Below are positions 27,355 through 40,856 of a stretch of DNA of 64,000 nucleotides, in pieces (position 1 is the first letter of the stretch; each line of letters begins with the position of its first letter). The stretch is from Macrostomum lignano. Its lineage: Eukaryota. The notes beneath the pieces are model-generated. The model saw only the letters and a program-made list of their open reading frames with translations, made no database searches and was not told the DNA's origin. The stretch lies in the NCBI GenBank assembly GCA_002269645.1, contig NIVC01001978.1, positions 124,001 to 188,000 of the forward strand, written 5' to 3'. The position numbers were made by a program, and so were the translations under genes.

Positions 27355-30197
27355 TCTCTACCTATAAAAATCAAAACTCTGTGTGTGTGTGTGTGTGTGG
27401 ACAATTTTGATCGCTATGGACTCCCAAACCGCTCAACCAAATTACACCAAACTTTACACCCACCCTAAACTTACTACGGAGAATGTCTTAGGCTACCTTT
27501 TAATTTCCTAAATTTGAGTCTTCCTACCTAAAAGTGCAAAAAACTGCTCAAAATGCGCAATTTTTTCACTAAATCCTCCATAGCGCCGCTCCACTTCTAC
27601 CGATTCTCTTCAAATTTGACACAGACAATTTTCAACTATTTTGGCACAATCATGTAAAATTTAGAGTCTGAAAGTTAATCCTGAACGGCGCTGTGCACTT
27701 TTAAAGTTTGGCTGTTTTTTTCAGCGAGGCAGCCACCCCAACCTCCGCCCGCCTGCCTCTCTTTCCCGATCTAGGCAAAGGGTGTGAGTAGGTTTTAAAA
27801 TGCCTAACTTTCGGCTGCCATAGTTTTGCTCCACGTGAAGCGATTGACTTCAAATTTGACACAATTCTTTATTGACTCATTCTCTGTCTACATGTAAAGT
27901 CTCAACTCTGTATCTCAATCAGGACAGAAACTGTAAGCATGTGAATTTTGTCTGCTTTTCTGTTGTTTGTGCCTCTCACTCACTCATTCCCCCAGCCCAG
28001 ACGAAGGGTCAGGCGATAGGGCTCAATGTACTTAGCGAATGTACAGTGTTTTGGAATAACTTTTTAATAGCCTTCTCGGCACCCCGCGCGCGGAGAGGCG
28101 TGGAGAGGAGAGACAGTTTCAGCGAGAGATTCAAACCACTGTCCTCTGTATAGACAAGTCTGCAGCCGTTTAACAGTGGATGGCAAATCAAGGCGATGTG
28201 GGATGGTTTATAAAAATAGCGAAAAATTAATGAATAACTGATTAGTAGTGATTACAATGCAATCCTACTAAATTAGTTACACCATGAAAATTTTAACATC
28301 AAGATTCGCATAAGGTACTTTAAAATTTAAATGGCTCCTAAGAAATACGTATTTCCTTGGTTGCTAGACTGCTGCAGACTGTGGTGGTGGAGCTGGGCTG
28401 GAGGGAGATACACAAATTCCTCTCAGGGCTGCTAATTGGCCAGAAATATGATGTGATTAAGCATAACAACCATGAGAGTACTACGTCCCACAAACGCTTT
28501 CGAAGCGGGGATTGACAGACTTTAACCTCAAATGCCAGATAAAGAATCAAGCTCATGGCTGATGAGATGAGAGTGAAAAGGAGAAGGAATAGACTATAAG
28601 AAGAGAGGAGAAGCGAGAGGAGGATAAGAGAAAAGATAGAAGACAAGAAGAGAGATGATGGGGTAAGGATAAGGAGTGAGCAGATAATATTGGAGTAAGA
28701 AGCGAGAGGAGGGGAGAGAGAAGAGAGAGGAAAGAGTAGAAGTGAGAAGAGGGAGAGAGAAGATGGGAGAGATGAGACAGGATCGATGACAGAGGAGAGC
28801 AGAGAAGAGTGAGAAGAGAGTAGAGATGAGAGATGAAGGAGGAGAGAGCAGAGTGCAGAAAGGCGAGAGAAGAGAATAGAGGGGAGAGAGTATAGAAGAG
28901 AGAAGAGAAGAGGAGTAAGGAAAGAGAGTAATCAGAGGAGGGTAAAGAGAAGAGTACACTGAAGATTGGAGAGTACAGATGGCAGAAAAGAGAGGGGATG
29001 AGAGTGAACACGATATCTGAGAGGAGAGAGGAGAGAGGAGTCAGATGAGGGGAAAGAGAAGAGTACAGAGGAGAGAGGTGAGAACATACGAGTATACGAG
29101 AGTAAAGATGACAGATGAGAGAGGGAAGATAAGACTAAGAGAGCAAAGACGAGAGTGAACACAGGAGAGATGGGAGAGTAGAGAGAAAAGAGGATAGATA
29201 AGAAATAAGAGATGAGAGATGAAAGGTGAGACAAAGGGAGAGAGAGAGAGAAGTGAGTGAGGAAAGAGGAGGGGAGGGGAGAGAATCGAGAGGACAGGGG
29301 AAAGAGGGGAAAGGATGAGAGAGGGGTGAGGAGAGAGAGGGAGAGATAGAGGTAGAGAGCATGCAGAGAGAAATGAGAAGAGATAAGAGAGAAAATATAA
29401 AAGAAGAGAAAGGTGAGATAGATAAGAGAGCAAAGACGAGAGAGGAGAGGTGAAGGAAGAGACGATAGAAGAGAGGACAGAGAGACGAGAGAGTACAGAG
29501 TACAGAGGAGGGAGGAGAGGAGAAAGGAGAGAGGAGAAGTGTTCGGAGAGGGTAGAGTAAGGAGTGAGAAGAGGGGAGAGGGAAGAGAGAATAGAGAGTA
29601 GAGAGCAGAGAGAAGATAGTAGAGAGCAGAGAGAAGATAGTAGAGAGCAGATAGAAGATAGTGCAGATCGAGCAGAGGGAAGATAGAGTAGAGAGCAGAG
29701 AGAAGAGAGAGTAGAGAGCAGAGAGAAGATAGAATATAGAGCAGAGAGAAATGGGAAGAGATAAAACAGGAGAAAGGGAGAGATAAAAGAGCAGAGACGA
29801 GAGAGGAGAGGAGAGGAGAGAAAATAATAAGAGGGAATAGACGAGAGAAGAGGGGATAGAAGAGAGAGAGAAGAGACCATAGACCAGAGAAGAGAGAAAA
29901 CAGAAGAGAAGGTAGAGATAGAAGTTTCTAAGGATCCAACTTCAAAGGGACACAAGGAGAGGCAGAGGCCATGAGTTTGCCTGACATTCTGTGCAGCACC
30001 CCAACCAACAATATTAATGTTTGCTTCAAATACTAATTGTACACGAATGTACTCTATTTTATGTTTAACTCTATCCTAAATTCCTAACTGTTAAAAAGTT
30101 TTTGTTTAAGTATGGGCTCAGATTTCAGAATACATGCAAAAATAGTTCCGGGGGTTGGAATTCCCCGGGTTCAAATTCCGCAGGTTTCAACAGCTTG
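27355..30197 (+). mobile_element. Non-autonomous Helitron, copy 1 (2843 bp)
   Basis: Starts TCTCTAC..TATAAAAATCAAAACTC(TG)n immediately after A(27354). Ends with a subterminal hairpin and CAACAGCTTG. Internal AG-rich low-complexity tract at about 28560-29930. Confidence 0.78.
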
Positions 30198-31677
30198 TCT
30201 CTACATATAAAAATCAAAACTCTGTGTGTGTGTGTGTGTCTGTGTGTGGACAATTTTGATCGCTATGGACTCCCAAACCGCTCAACCAAATTACACCAAA
30301 CTTTACACCCACCCTAAACTTACTACGGAGAATGTCTTAGGCTACCTTTAAATTTCCTAGACTCAAGTCTTCCTACCTAAAAGTGCAAAAAACTGCTTAA
30401 AACGCGCGATTTTTTCACTAAATCCTCCATAGCGCCGCTCCACTTTTACCGATTCTCTTCAAATTTGACACAGACAATCTTAAACTATTTTAGCACAATC
30501 GTGTAAAATTTCGAGTCTCAAAGTTAATCCTGAGCGGTGCTGTGCACTTTTAAAGTTAGGCTGCTTTTTTTCAGCGTAGCAACCACCCCAACCTCCGCCC
30601 GCCTGCCTCTCTTTCCCGATTCCGATCTGGGCCCAGATGTGTAAAATGGGTTTCAAAATCGACTAACTTTCAGCTGCCATAAATTTGCTCCACGTGAAGC
30701 GATTGACTTTAAACTTGACACAATTATTCATTGACTCATTCTCTATCTAAATGTAAAGTTTCAACTCTGTAACTCATTCAGAAAAGAAACTGTAAGCGTG
30801 TGAAGTTTGTCTGCTTTTTCTGTGTTTGTGCCACTCACTCACTCATTCCCCAGCCCAGCCGAAGGATCAGGCGATAGGGCTGAATGTACATAGCAAATGT
30901 ACAGTGTTTTGGAATAACTTTTAATAGCCTTCTCTGTACCCCCGCGAGTAGAGAGGCGTGCAGAGGAGCTTTAGCGAGAGATTCAACCACTGTCCTCACT
31001 CCTCTGTATAGACAAGTCTGCAGCAGTTAAACAAGGATGGCAAATCAAGGCGATGTGGGATCATTTTTAAAAATAGCGAAAAATTAACTGATTACAATGC
31101 AATCCTACTAAATTAGTTACACCATGAAAATTTTAACATCAAGATTCGCATAAGGTACTTTAAAATTTAAATGGCCTCCTAAAAATGCGGATTTCCTTGG
31201 TTGTTAGACTGCTGCAGACTGTGGTGGTGGAACTGGAGATACACAAATTCCTCTCAGAGCTGCTAATTGGCCAGAAAGATGACGTGATTAAAGCGTGAGA
31301 AATGATAACAACCATGATAGTACTACATCCCACAAACTGGATTTCGAAGCAGGGATCGGCGGATTTTTTACGTCAAAGGCCAGATATAGAATCAAGCTCA
31401 TGGCTGCGGGCCATATGAAAGTGAAAAGGAAAAAGAATAGACTATTAGAAAGGGAGGAGGGGCGAGAGGGGCATAAGAGAAAAGATAGATATCAGGAGAG
31501 ACGAGGGGGTTGAGGAGAGAGCAGAGAATATGGGACGAAGAAGCGAGAGGAGAGAAGAGAGAGGGGAGAGGAAATAGTAGAGGTGAGAAGATGGAGAGAG
31601 AAGAGTCGAGAGATGAGACAGATGATCGATGAGAGAGAGAGAGAGAGAGAGAGAGGAGTGAGAAGATGAGATAAGAG

Positions 31678-31760
<83 letters not shown>

Positions 31761-33314
31761 GAGAAGATGAGATAAGAGATAAGAGAGAGAGAGAGATTTG
31801 AGAAAGAAGAGAGGAGAAAGGAGAGATGATAGAGTAAAGGGAAGAGGAAGAGAGAGGAAAGAGATGAGATTGTAGAGATGAGAGAGATGAAAGAAAAGAT
31901 GATCGAGAGAGTAGAGATGAGAGATGAAGAAAGAGAGAGCAGAGTGCAGAGAGACGAGAGAAGAAAATAGAGGGGAGAGAGTATAGAAGATGGAAGAGAA
32001 GAGAGGAGTAAGGAAAGAGAGGAGTCAGAAGAGGGGAAGAGAAGAGTACACAGTAGAGAGGAGAGTAGAGATGACAGAAGAGAGAGGGAATGAGGGAGCA
32101 AAGATGAGAGTGAACAGACGATATAAGAGAGAAGAGAGGAGAGTGGAGAGAGAAGAGAGAAGACAAGAGAGGGAGAGTATAGAAGAGAGAAGAGAAGAGA
32201 CGAGAAGAAATAAGAAAGGAAAGAGAGTCCTGAGTCAAAAAAGGGGAAAGAGATGAGTACAAGAGAGAGGTGAGGGAACATATGAGAGTAAAGATGAGAG
32301 ATGAGAGAGGGGAGATGAGAGAGCAGAAACGAGAGTGAACAGACGAGAGATGGGAGAGTAGAAAGAAAAGAGGAGAGATATGAAATAATAGATGAGAGGT
32401 GGAGACAGGGGAGAGATGAGAAGTGAGTGAAGAGAGAGGAGGGGAATGGAGAGAATCTAGAGGACAGTGAAACTGGTGAAAGGGACGAGAGAGGAGAGGA
32501 AAGAGGGAAGAGATTAGAGAGAAGAGAGATAGGACAGGAGAGAGCAGAGAGATGAGAGGAGAGAGAGAGGGGGAGAGAGAGAAGATAGAAATGAGAAAAG
32601 ATAAGAGAGAGAGAGAAGATAAAAGAAGAGATATGAGAGACAAGAGAGCAAAGACGAGAGAGAAGGGAGGTGAGGGAAGAGACGATAGAAGAGATGAGAG
32701 CAGAGAGCGGACAGAGGAGAGGAGAGAGTTGAGAGAAGAGAGGAAAAATGAGAGTTGAGAGAAGAGAGGAAAAGGAGAGAGTAGAGACGAGGGAAGTGTT
32801 GAGAGAGGGTAGAGTAAGGAGTGAGAAGAGGGGAGAGGGAAGAGAGAGTAGAGAGCAGAGAGAAATGAGAAGAGATAAAAGAGGAGAAAGAAGATATGAG
32901 AGACCAGAGAGAAGAGAGGAGAGGAGAAAAAAAGAATAGAGAGAAGAGGGGAGAGAGGAGAGAGGACAGAGGAGAGAAGAAAGAAGAGATAAGAGGAGAG
33001 AGAGAGAAGAGCCGAGAGAGAAGATAGGAAACAGAAAAGAAGATGGAAGTTTCAAAGGATGCAAGGGACATAGGTAGAGGCGGAGGCAGAGGCCAGAGTT
33101 TGCCTGACATTCTGTGCAGTACCCCAGCCAACAATATCAATGCTTGCTTTAAATGCTAATTTTACACGAATGTGCACTCTATTTTGTGTTTAACTCCATC
33201 CTAACTATTAACAAGTTTTTGTTTGAGTTTGACCTCAGATTTCAGAATACATGCAAAAATAATTCCGGGGAATGGAGTTCCCCGGGTTCAAAATCCGCGG
33301 GTTTCAACAGCTTG
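30198..33314 (+). mobile_element. Non-autonomous Helitron, copy 2 (3117 bp), head-to-tail with copy 1
   Basis: Same 5' end TCTCTACATATAAAAATCAAAACTC, with ~1.2 kb clearly homologous to copy 1. Hairpin CCGGGGAA-tggag-TTCCCCGG (33265-33285), then AAATCCGCGGGTTT and CAGCTTG followed by T(33315). Internal AG-rich tract at about 31445-33060. Confidence 0.8.
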
Positions 33315-33495
33315 TGAGGTTATAAAAAAACGGAAACAACCTAGACCTAGACCTAGGCCATAGACCTATTCCTTGCATCGATTGAATTTTCTCTTGTTTC
33401 TTTATTTATTGCGTTTGTTAAGTCTTTTAGCGAACGTCTCAGGGTTAATTCTCGTCTTATTAGATTTAGAAGTCTGCTATTCGCTAACATATAAA

Positions 33496-34830
33496 ATGAA
33501 CTCGAATTCGCATGTCCAGCACCAGGAGCCGGAATCCGGTACTTTTGAAGGCAATATGCTGCAGTATCAGCAGCAGCAACCGCCAGAGCAGCAAACTGAA
33601 TCTACAGCGCAGCATCGCAGCTACTTTGCTGACGTTAGCAGCGCATTTCTAACTCGAAAGGACGAAACTCAGAGACACAATTCAATTTCTGAATCGTCTA
33701 AAAATGATGCGGCCAATCCAGCTGCCGCTGATTTCAACTCTCTCAAAGAGGAGCTGACAAATTCTGCAACGATTCAAGCGACTACGACTGCAGATACTTT
33801 AGCCGATGTTCCCGCACCATCCAGCGCTGCCGAAGGTGGCGGTGTCTACTTTGACGGTAGCTTTCAGTCAGCTAATAGAGGCGGCTGTGGTGTGGAGTGT
33901 GGACGGAATACAGATAATCACCCAGTTTCTATAGCTGATAGTGATGCAGTCTTCTCAATCTCTAATGATCAAGCTAGCAGTATGATGTTCCAAACGAATC
34001 AGCACGAACTGAAGTATTGGTCAACTGACAATGAGCAGGCTTCATTTCGTGAACAGTTGATGGCTATACAACAAGATCAGCTGCAGCGACAACCGCATCT
34101 AGGAGGCATCTCCGGTCAAGAAGCGTTCAGCATCCAATCTGTCAATCAGTCCAGCAGCAGTGTAAATGCACAGGTTGCAGCAGATGTTGGAGTAAAACAA
34201 ACCATTAACTTGGTGAATCTGGAGACAGATCGAACTGCAGTGCTTAGCACCGTTGAGGCAGCAGCGCCAACAACTGTGGCTAATGACGACTTCACAGCCG
34301 CCGCCTCAGTCGTGTCCAAATCGGAAACCGGCAGAGCCCCAAATCTGTCAAAAGCTCCGAGCGCCTGCATTGTCGGCCAGGGTCAGTTTAGCCAGTTCGA
34401 GTGCGGATTGTGCGGCCAAGTGTTCGGCGAGATCGAGGCGATGGCTCAGCACATTGTAGATGTGCATTTAAATGCGGTAAGTAGCCGCTATATACAAGTG
34501 ATGCTTAATTTCTATTTGTCATAATGCGCATCTCATGAGTTCAGTGCATACAGTACATACTGATCTGTCCACTGACTGGGTCACCTAAACTGCGTTAGAA
34601 TTCGTTCAAGTTGAAAGCTAGCGGAAGTGACAGGCAAGACTTCTCGACGTCGTGAAATTTTGAGCTTGCGAATTTTTGGCTTTGCATTGGAAAGTGATCG
34701 ATATTGTTACGAGGATTTGAAGTTTGGAGCTCAGGGAATTCTATCAATTTGTCCTTCTGTCTATATCATTAAAACAAATTATATTCCTCTGTCTGTAGCC
34801 TGTCTGTCTGGCTGTCCGTCTGTCTGTCTT

Positions 34831-34925
<95 letters not shown>

Positions 34926-34930
34926 GTCTA

Positions 34931-34993
<63 letters not shown>

Positions 34994-34998
34994 GTCTA

Positions 34999-35065
<67 letters not shown>

Positions 35066-35116
35066 GTCTACTTGTCTGTCTGTCTATCTGTCTACTTGTC
35101 TGTCTATCTGTCTACC

Positions 35117-35157
<41 letters not shown>

Positions 35158-38107
35158 GCTCGCCTTGCTTTCCTACCTGCCTGTTTGTCTGTCCGTCTGT
35201 CGGTAGTTCCGCTTTTAGTAGCTTATAATTGGACATACAGACAGTCTTTTACGTACTGTCCGTCACGCTGGCATTTCAGATGCGATTCATGCAGCAGCAG
35301 GATCAAGCCTATCAGCAGAGTGCGGTTCACCAACGCGCCAAACTGATCACCCCGTCGGCTCTGATCTGCTGCCTTCGCCTCGATCTGCGCGTCGACAACG
35401 AGCCGGAGCCCAGCAGCTACATGAGTCACCTGTCCGGCCGAGAGACCATTGCCGACAGTCTCACGGTGGTGACCACCCGAGACCGCGAGGGCCGACCGAG
35501 GCCAATGTTCGAGTGCCGCCGTTGCAATCGAATATTTGCCAGCCGGCACGAAGGTTTGAAGCACACCGACTGCGCCAGGTTCAAATGCAACTATTGCGAC
35601 TATGTTTGTCGCAACGCTAGCGCCAAGGCGCAGCACGAGAAGAAACGGCACTGCGGCTCGTCAACGACAAACGCTGCAACCGCTGGCGCTTCGTCGGTAG
35701 CTGCGACTTCTTCAACGGATCGACAGTCGAACAAGAAGACTGCAGCTGCTCCGCACCGGCAACAGCAGCAGAAGATCAGCAAGTCAAAGGCTGGCGGCGG
35801 AAAGAAAGTAGGAAAAAAATCGAAGACCAGTGGAAGACAGCAGAATTCTGCAGCCACAGCGACAGAGCCGGATGCGTTTGGTGAGCGTGCATGAGTGCAT
35901 CGGTTGGACGTGTTGGTGTGTCAGAGCTCATATCTAGTGATAGTACCGTATACGCGACATAAATTATTGTATATATACATAGGGACGAATTTGTTTTTAT
36001 TGGAATAGTAACATTTTCTTGACTTTACTTGCTATCGACGTAACAAATTTGAAAAATATCGTTGATAGTCCCCTGGGCCCGGTGCCACCTGCTGAAGGTG
36101 CCTACAGCGTCGGATTAGTGACGAAATATTATACTTGAGAGAATAACTGAGGATTTCCAGCAGTTTTGGTTTGCCTACTGTCCAGGCTTGATCAGTGAAA
36201 CTAGAAAAATTCGCAACATGGTGTCCATAGTCACCTGGTGACACCTGTTAAAGGTCTAGAAGCTTCGCCAGGGTAAAGGCTAGTGACCAACGAAGTCAAG
36301 GCTGATGCAGACACATGTCGCGTGCTGATGAAATTTGGAGGCTTGGCAAGGCTGCATTGAGGCACAGTACTGATCGGCGCATAAGGGTATATGGGATTAT
36401 GAGAAAATTCCGAACTTCTGGCAGAATTGTTAAATATTTCGACGTTCTGTAAGCTTGTGACTTCATTCTTGTTTAAGAAGGTGTGCAACAAAAAGTTAGC
36501 CCGTGTTCTTAAATTTTGTGTGCCTGTGTTGCTCCGTTTCGGCGCGGCAAAATATTGTCAGTAGGGAATTCCCAACTGCTAGTTCCACTAGCAGTATGGC
36601 GGCTTATCAGTAACATACTGGAGTGGCGGCTTATCAGTAAGATATTGAGGTGGCGGCTTATCAGTAAGACATTGGAGTGGCGGCTTATCAGTAAGACATT
36701 GGAGTGGCGGCTTATCAGTAAGATATTGAGGTGGCGGCTTATCAGTAACATACTGGAGTGGCGGCTTATCAGTAAGACATTGGAGTGGCGGCTTATCAGT
36801 AAGACATTGGAGTGGCGGCTTATCAGTAAGACATTGGAGTGGCGGCTTATCAGTAAGACATTGGAGTGGCGGCTTATCAGTAAGACGTTGGAGTGGCGGC
36901 TTATCAGTAAGACATTGGAGTGGCGGCTTATCAGTAAGATATTGAGGTGGCGGCTTATCAGTAACATACTGGAGTGGCGGCTTATCAGTAAGACATTGGA
37001 GTGGCGGCTTATCAGTAAGATATTGAGGTGGCGGCTTATCAGTAACATACTGGAGTGGCGGCTTATCAGTAAGACATTGGAGTGGCGGCTTATCAGTAAG
37101 ACATTGGAGTGGCGGCTTATCAGTAAGACATTGGAGTGGCGGCTTATCAGTAAGACATTGGAGTGGCGGCTTATCAGTAAGACGTTGGAGTGGCGGCTTA
37201 TCAGTAAGACATTGGAGTGGCGGCTTATCAGTAAGATATTGAGGTGGCGGCTTATCAGTAACATACTGGAGGGGCGGCTTATCAGTAAGACATTGGAGTG
37301 GCGGCTTATCAGTAAGATATTGAGGTGGCAACTTATAAGTAAGATATTGGGGTGGCGGCTTATCAGTAAGATATTGGAGTGGCAGTAAAGGCAGCTTATC
37401 GGTTAAGATATTGGAGTGGCGGCTTATCAGTAAGATATTTGAGTGGCGGCTTATCAGTAAGATATTTGAGTGGCTGCTTATCAGTAAGATATTGGGGTGG
37501 CAGTAAAGGCCGCTTATCGGTTAAGATAGGAGTGTCCGAAAATGATGCTATGCTGAGTTCTTAATTTATATTTTTATGTTACTAAAAGTAGTATTGTACG
37601 CTTTTTTTATTCGGGTGAGATATCTACTGTCTAATTAAATGCATTTCAGGCGACTTAGAGCAGCAGCAACAACAGCAGCAAATGCAAATGCAAATGGTTG
37701 ACAGCTCAGATGCTCAGCTGCAGGCTCTGCTATTGCATCAGCAGCAGCAGCAGCAGCAGCACGATCAAGCTATGCAAATTTACCAGCAGATGGTTGGCTA
37801 CGGCGGCGGCAGCTTTGACTCGCAGCAGCAGCAGCAACAGCAGCAGCAATATCAACAGATTCCAATGGCGTTACATACGCCAGATTCACAGTACCAATTG
37901 GCCGCCTATCATCATCCCGCCAATGCATTTGCTTTTCAACAGCAGCAGCAGCAGCAGCAGCAGTACTATTATCCGCAGTACCAGCAGCTGTACGACCACT
38001 ATCATGGCCAGTCGGCTGGTCTGGCCATCGCCTCCGCTCTGTCCACTGGCGATGCCACCGAAGCTTACTACGCTGTGACAGCTGCGATAGATAATGAGAC
38101 TGCTCAA

Positions 38108-38142
<35 letters not shown>

Positions 38143-38212
38143 GATGGAACAGGAGATCGAGCAACAGCAGCAGCAGCACCAGCACCAGGAGCAAAGTATG
38201 GTCAATGAATGA
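33496..38212 (+). CDS. C2H2 zinc-finger protein with a poly-Q C-terminus, 3 coding exons
   Basis: Exons 33496-34476, 35280-35880, 37650-38212, GT-AG, intron phases 0 and 1 compatible. Fingers are FECGLCGQVFGEIEAMAQHIVDVH, FECRRCNRIFASRHEGLKHTDC and FKCNYCDYVCRNASAKAQHEKKRH. A Lys-rich NLS-like stretch and Q-rich tracts follow. Confidence 0.85.
34800..35190. repeat. (GTCT)n microsatellite, intronic
   Basis: Direct observation. Confidence 0.97.
36595..37530. repeat. 27-bp intronic minisatellite
   Basis: Unit GAGTGGCGGCTTATCAGTAAGACATTG with two recurring variants, about 34 copies. Confidence 0.96.
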
Positions 38213-38346
38213 ATGAATGATTCAAGGACCGATGTTGAACTCATCAACGGAATGAAACTTTTCTTGTGTTTAATGTTGGCTTCTGTTATAAAAGCAGCCC
38301 GTGTTTAAATTCTAATTTGTTAATGTCAATAAATTGTTTGTTTCTG

Positions 38347-38412
<66 letters not shown>

Positions 38413-38441
38413 GTGTCTGTCTGTCTGTCTGTCTGTCTGTG

Positions 38442-38490
<49 letters not shown>
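38347..38490. repeat. (GTCT)n microsatellite
   Basis: Direct observation. Confidence 0.97.
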
Positions 38491-38492
<2 letters not shown>

Positions 38493-39099
38493 TTCTGTTT
38501 GTTTTCCCTCTATTTATCAGCATTAGCTTCAAACTTGCTGTTGTTCAAGCGAAACCAAGGTAAGCTCGTATTGTGTTATTGAATCGGTTTTCAGAAGTTG
38601 TGCCAGTATCGTTTCTATAAGAATTGTTGCCGTAGTTGTTATTTTGTTAAACCTAGCTAAAAGCTAGATCGCAGTTAAACAAGCTAATTAATAATCCAGT
38701 AATCTTCCTAATCACTCTAGTTACTCTTTTTGCGAAGTTTCTATGCAATCAATAAACAGTCGAGTCAAGTGGCAAGCAGTGTTGTTTTGGTTTCCGCGAT
38801 CTCCCATTTCAAAGTCTGCTTTCTAATATGCCTTGGTTCATGCAAGTGTTACGTCTATTCGTAATACTTGTGTATAAGGAAAATTCGTGACATTCTTGTT
38901 ATTACCGACTAGGCTGAGTAGATTGTGCTAATAATACAGGGTAGGTAAGGGTGAGAGAGAATATTATTAAAAACATATTTAGCTCTCTGACGCATACTGC
39001 ATGGTACTTGCTGGATTACCAAAAGCAAGTTGCTTCAAGCCTTCAGGAAATCCGAGTGTATAGATAAACTTTTGATTTCTGCTAAATCATGCGACGCTC

Positions 39100-39760
39100 C
39101 TGTCTAACAGCTCACACAGGTGATACATTTCTGTCTAACAGGTGATACACTCCTGTCTAACAGGTGATACACTCCTGTCTAACAGGTAACAATCCTGTCT
39201 AACAGGTGATACACTTCTGTCTAACAGGTGATACACTCCTCTCTAACAGGTGATACACTCCTGTCTAACAGGTGATACACTCCTCTCTAACAGGTGATAC
39301 ACTCCTGTCTAACAGGTGATACACTCCTCTCTAACAGGTGATACACTCCTCTCTAACAGGTGTCACTCCGCTCCTGTCTAAAGGTTGACATAATCCAGTC
39401 TAACAGGTGACATTCCTGTCTAACAGGTAACAATCCTGTCTAACAGGTGCCATTCCTGTCTAACAGGTGATACACTTCTGTCTAACAGGTGATACACTCC
39501 TGTCTAACAGGTAATACACTTCTGTCTAACAGGTGATACATTCCTGTCTAACAGGTGATACATTCCTGTCTAACAGGTGATACACTCCTGTCTAACAGGT
39601 AATACACTTCTGTCTAACAGGTGATACACTCCTGTCTAACAGGTAATACACTTCTGTCTAACAGGTGATACACTCCTGTCTAACAGGTGATACACTCCTG
39701 TCTAACAGGTGATACACTCCTGTCTAACAGGTGATACATTCCTGTCTAACAGGTGTCACT
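39100..39760. repeat. 22-bp minisatellite
   Basis: Unit CTGTCTAACAGGTGATACACTC, about 30 copies. Confidence 0.95.
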
Positions 39761-40529
39761 CCGCTCCCAATCAAAACGGCACTGATCTTACAAGCCCTTG
39801 AATGGTTGGGCGCACTGCGGGCTCCCCTCTTCTATTGGCTCTGGAGTTCCTATGTTTCAAGCCGCTAAAAAGGCTGAATTTTTATTCAGCCAGAAAATCT
39901 TTCACAAAGTAGACAATCGTAGCCTAGTAATTTGAATATCGATTGAATTAATCAACAAAATGACCAGCATATTAGTTCGGCCCTTAATCCTCATTTGCTG
40001 GATTTTATTTATTGCATCCGCGTTGAGGTGTAAGTCTCGTCTCGTTATAAATTGCTTTGTAGTTTTATACAGACTGGAATTATTTTTAGTTTCCAACCAA
40101 TTTTGCGAAAAAAATTGCAATTAGAAAGGAAGATAGACTCGATTTTTTGGAAAGGAGCTGGGAGGCCAATAAATTCACTATAGCGATACGACATACTTGT
40201 ACATTCCTTACTGGTCTCAACCGAGAATACCCTTGTAGCGTCCTTCTATTGTACTTCAGTTTTCCACACATATTATATGTTTCAGAAGTGATTGACAGTT
40301 CGTCTGTAAAGAAAATAATTCAATCGTGCGCAGAATTTCCCCAGATGTGTCAGTTGAGCTGTTTCACTAAACTCTTATATGTAGCCTTCATACAGTTATG
40401 TAGTTATAAATGGATATTGGGCCATTTAGAACTCCTTATTAAATTAGTTTCATTCCAGGGCAAAAACGGATTTTCTCGACCACAAAATGAGAATTCATTT
40501 TGGTTCAGTTAAATGTGAAAGCTGATTTT

Positions 40530-40856
40530 TGGCGCCACAAATTAAACACAGAGTTTCGGTGCCACAAACACAGAGTTTCAGCGCCACAAACAAACACACA
40601 GAGTTTCAGCGCCACAAACACACAGAATTTCAGCGTCACAAACACACAGATTTCGGCGCCACAAACACAACGATTTTTAGAGCCACAAAACCACTGATTT
40701 TTGGCGCCACAAAAACAATGATTTTCGGCGCTACAAAACAATGACTTTCGGCGCCACAAAACAATGATTTTCGGCGCCACAAAACAATGATTTTCGGCGC
40801 CACAAAACAATGATTGTCGGCGCCACAAAACAATGACTTTCGGCGCCACAAACACA
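40530..40856. repeat. ~23-bp GGCGCCAC-core minisatellite
   Basis: Units (TTTC)GGCGCCACAAAACAATGA and GCGCCACAAACACACAGA. Confidence 0.9.

Noticed and set aside
28338-33140. Leu/Ser-rich 'membrane protein' ORFs up to 539 aa
   Set aside because: They are the stop-poor reverse complement of purine-rich low-complexity tracts.
36509-37388. 247-290-aa repeat ORFs
   Set aside because: They are products of the 27-bp array and lie inside an intron of the zinc-finger gene.
39872-39891. Hairpin GGCTGAAT-tttt-ATTCAGCC resembling a terminator
   Set aside because: This is an isolated 8-bp stem in eukaryotic DNA with no supporting context.
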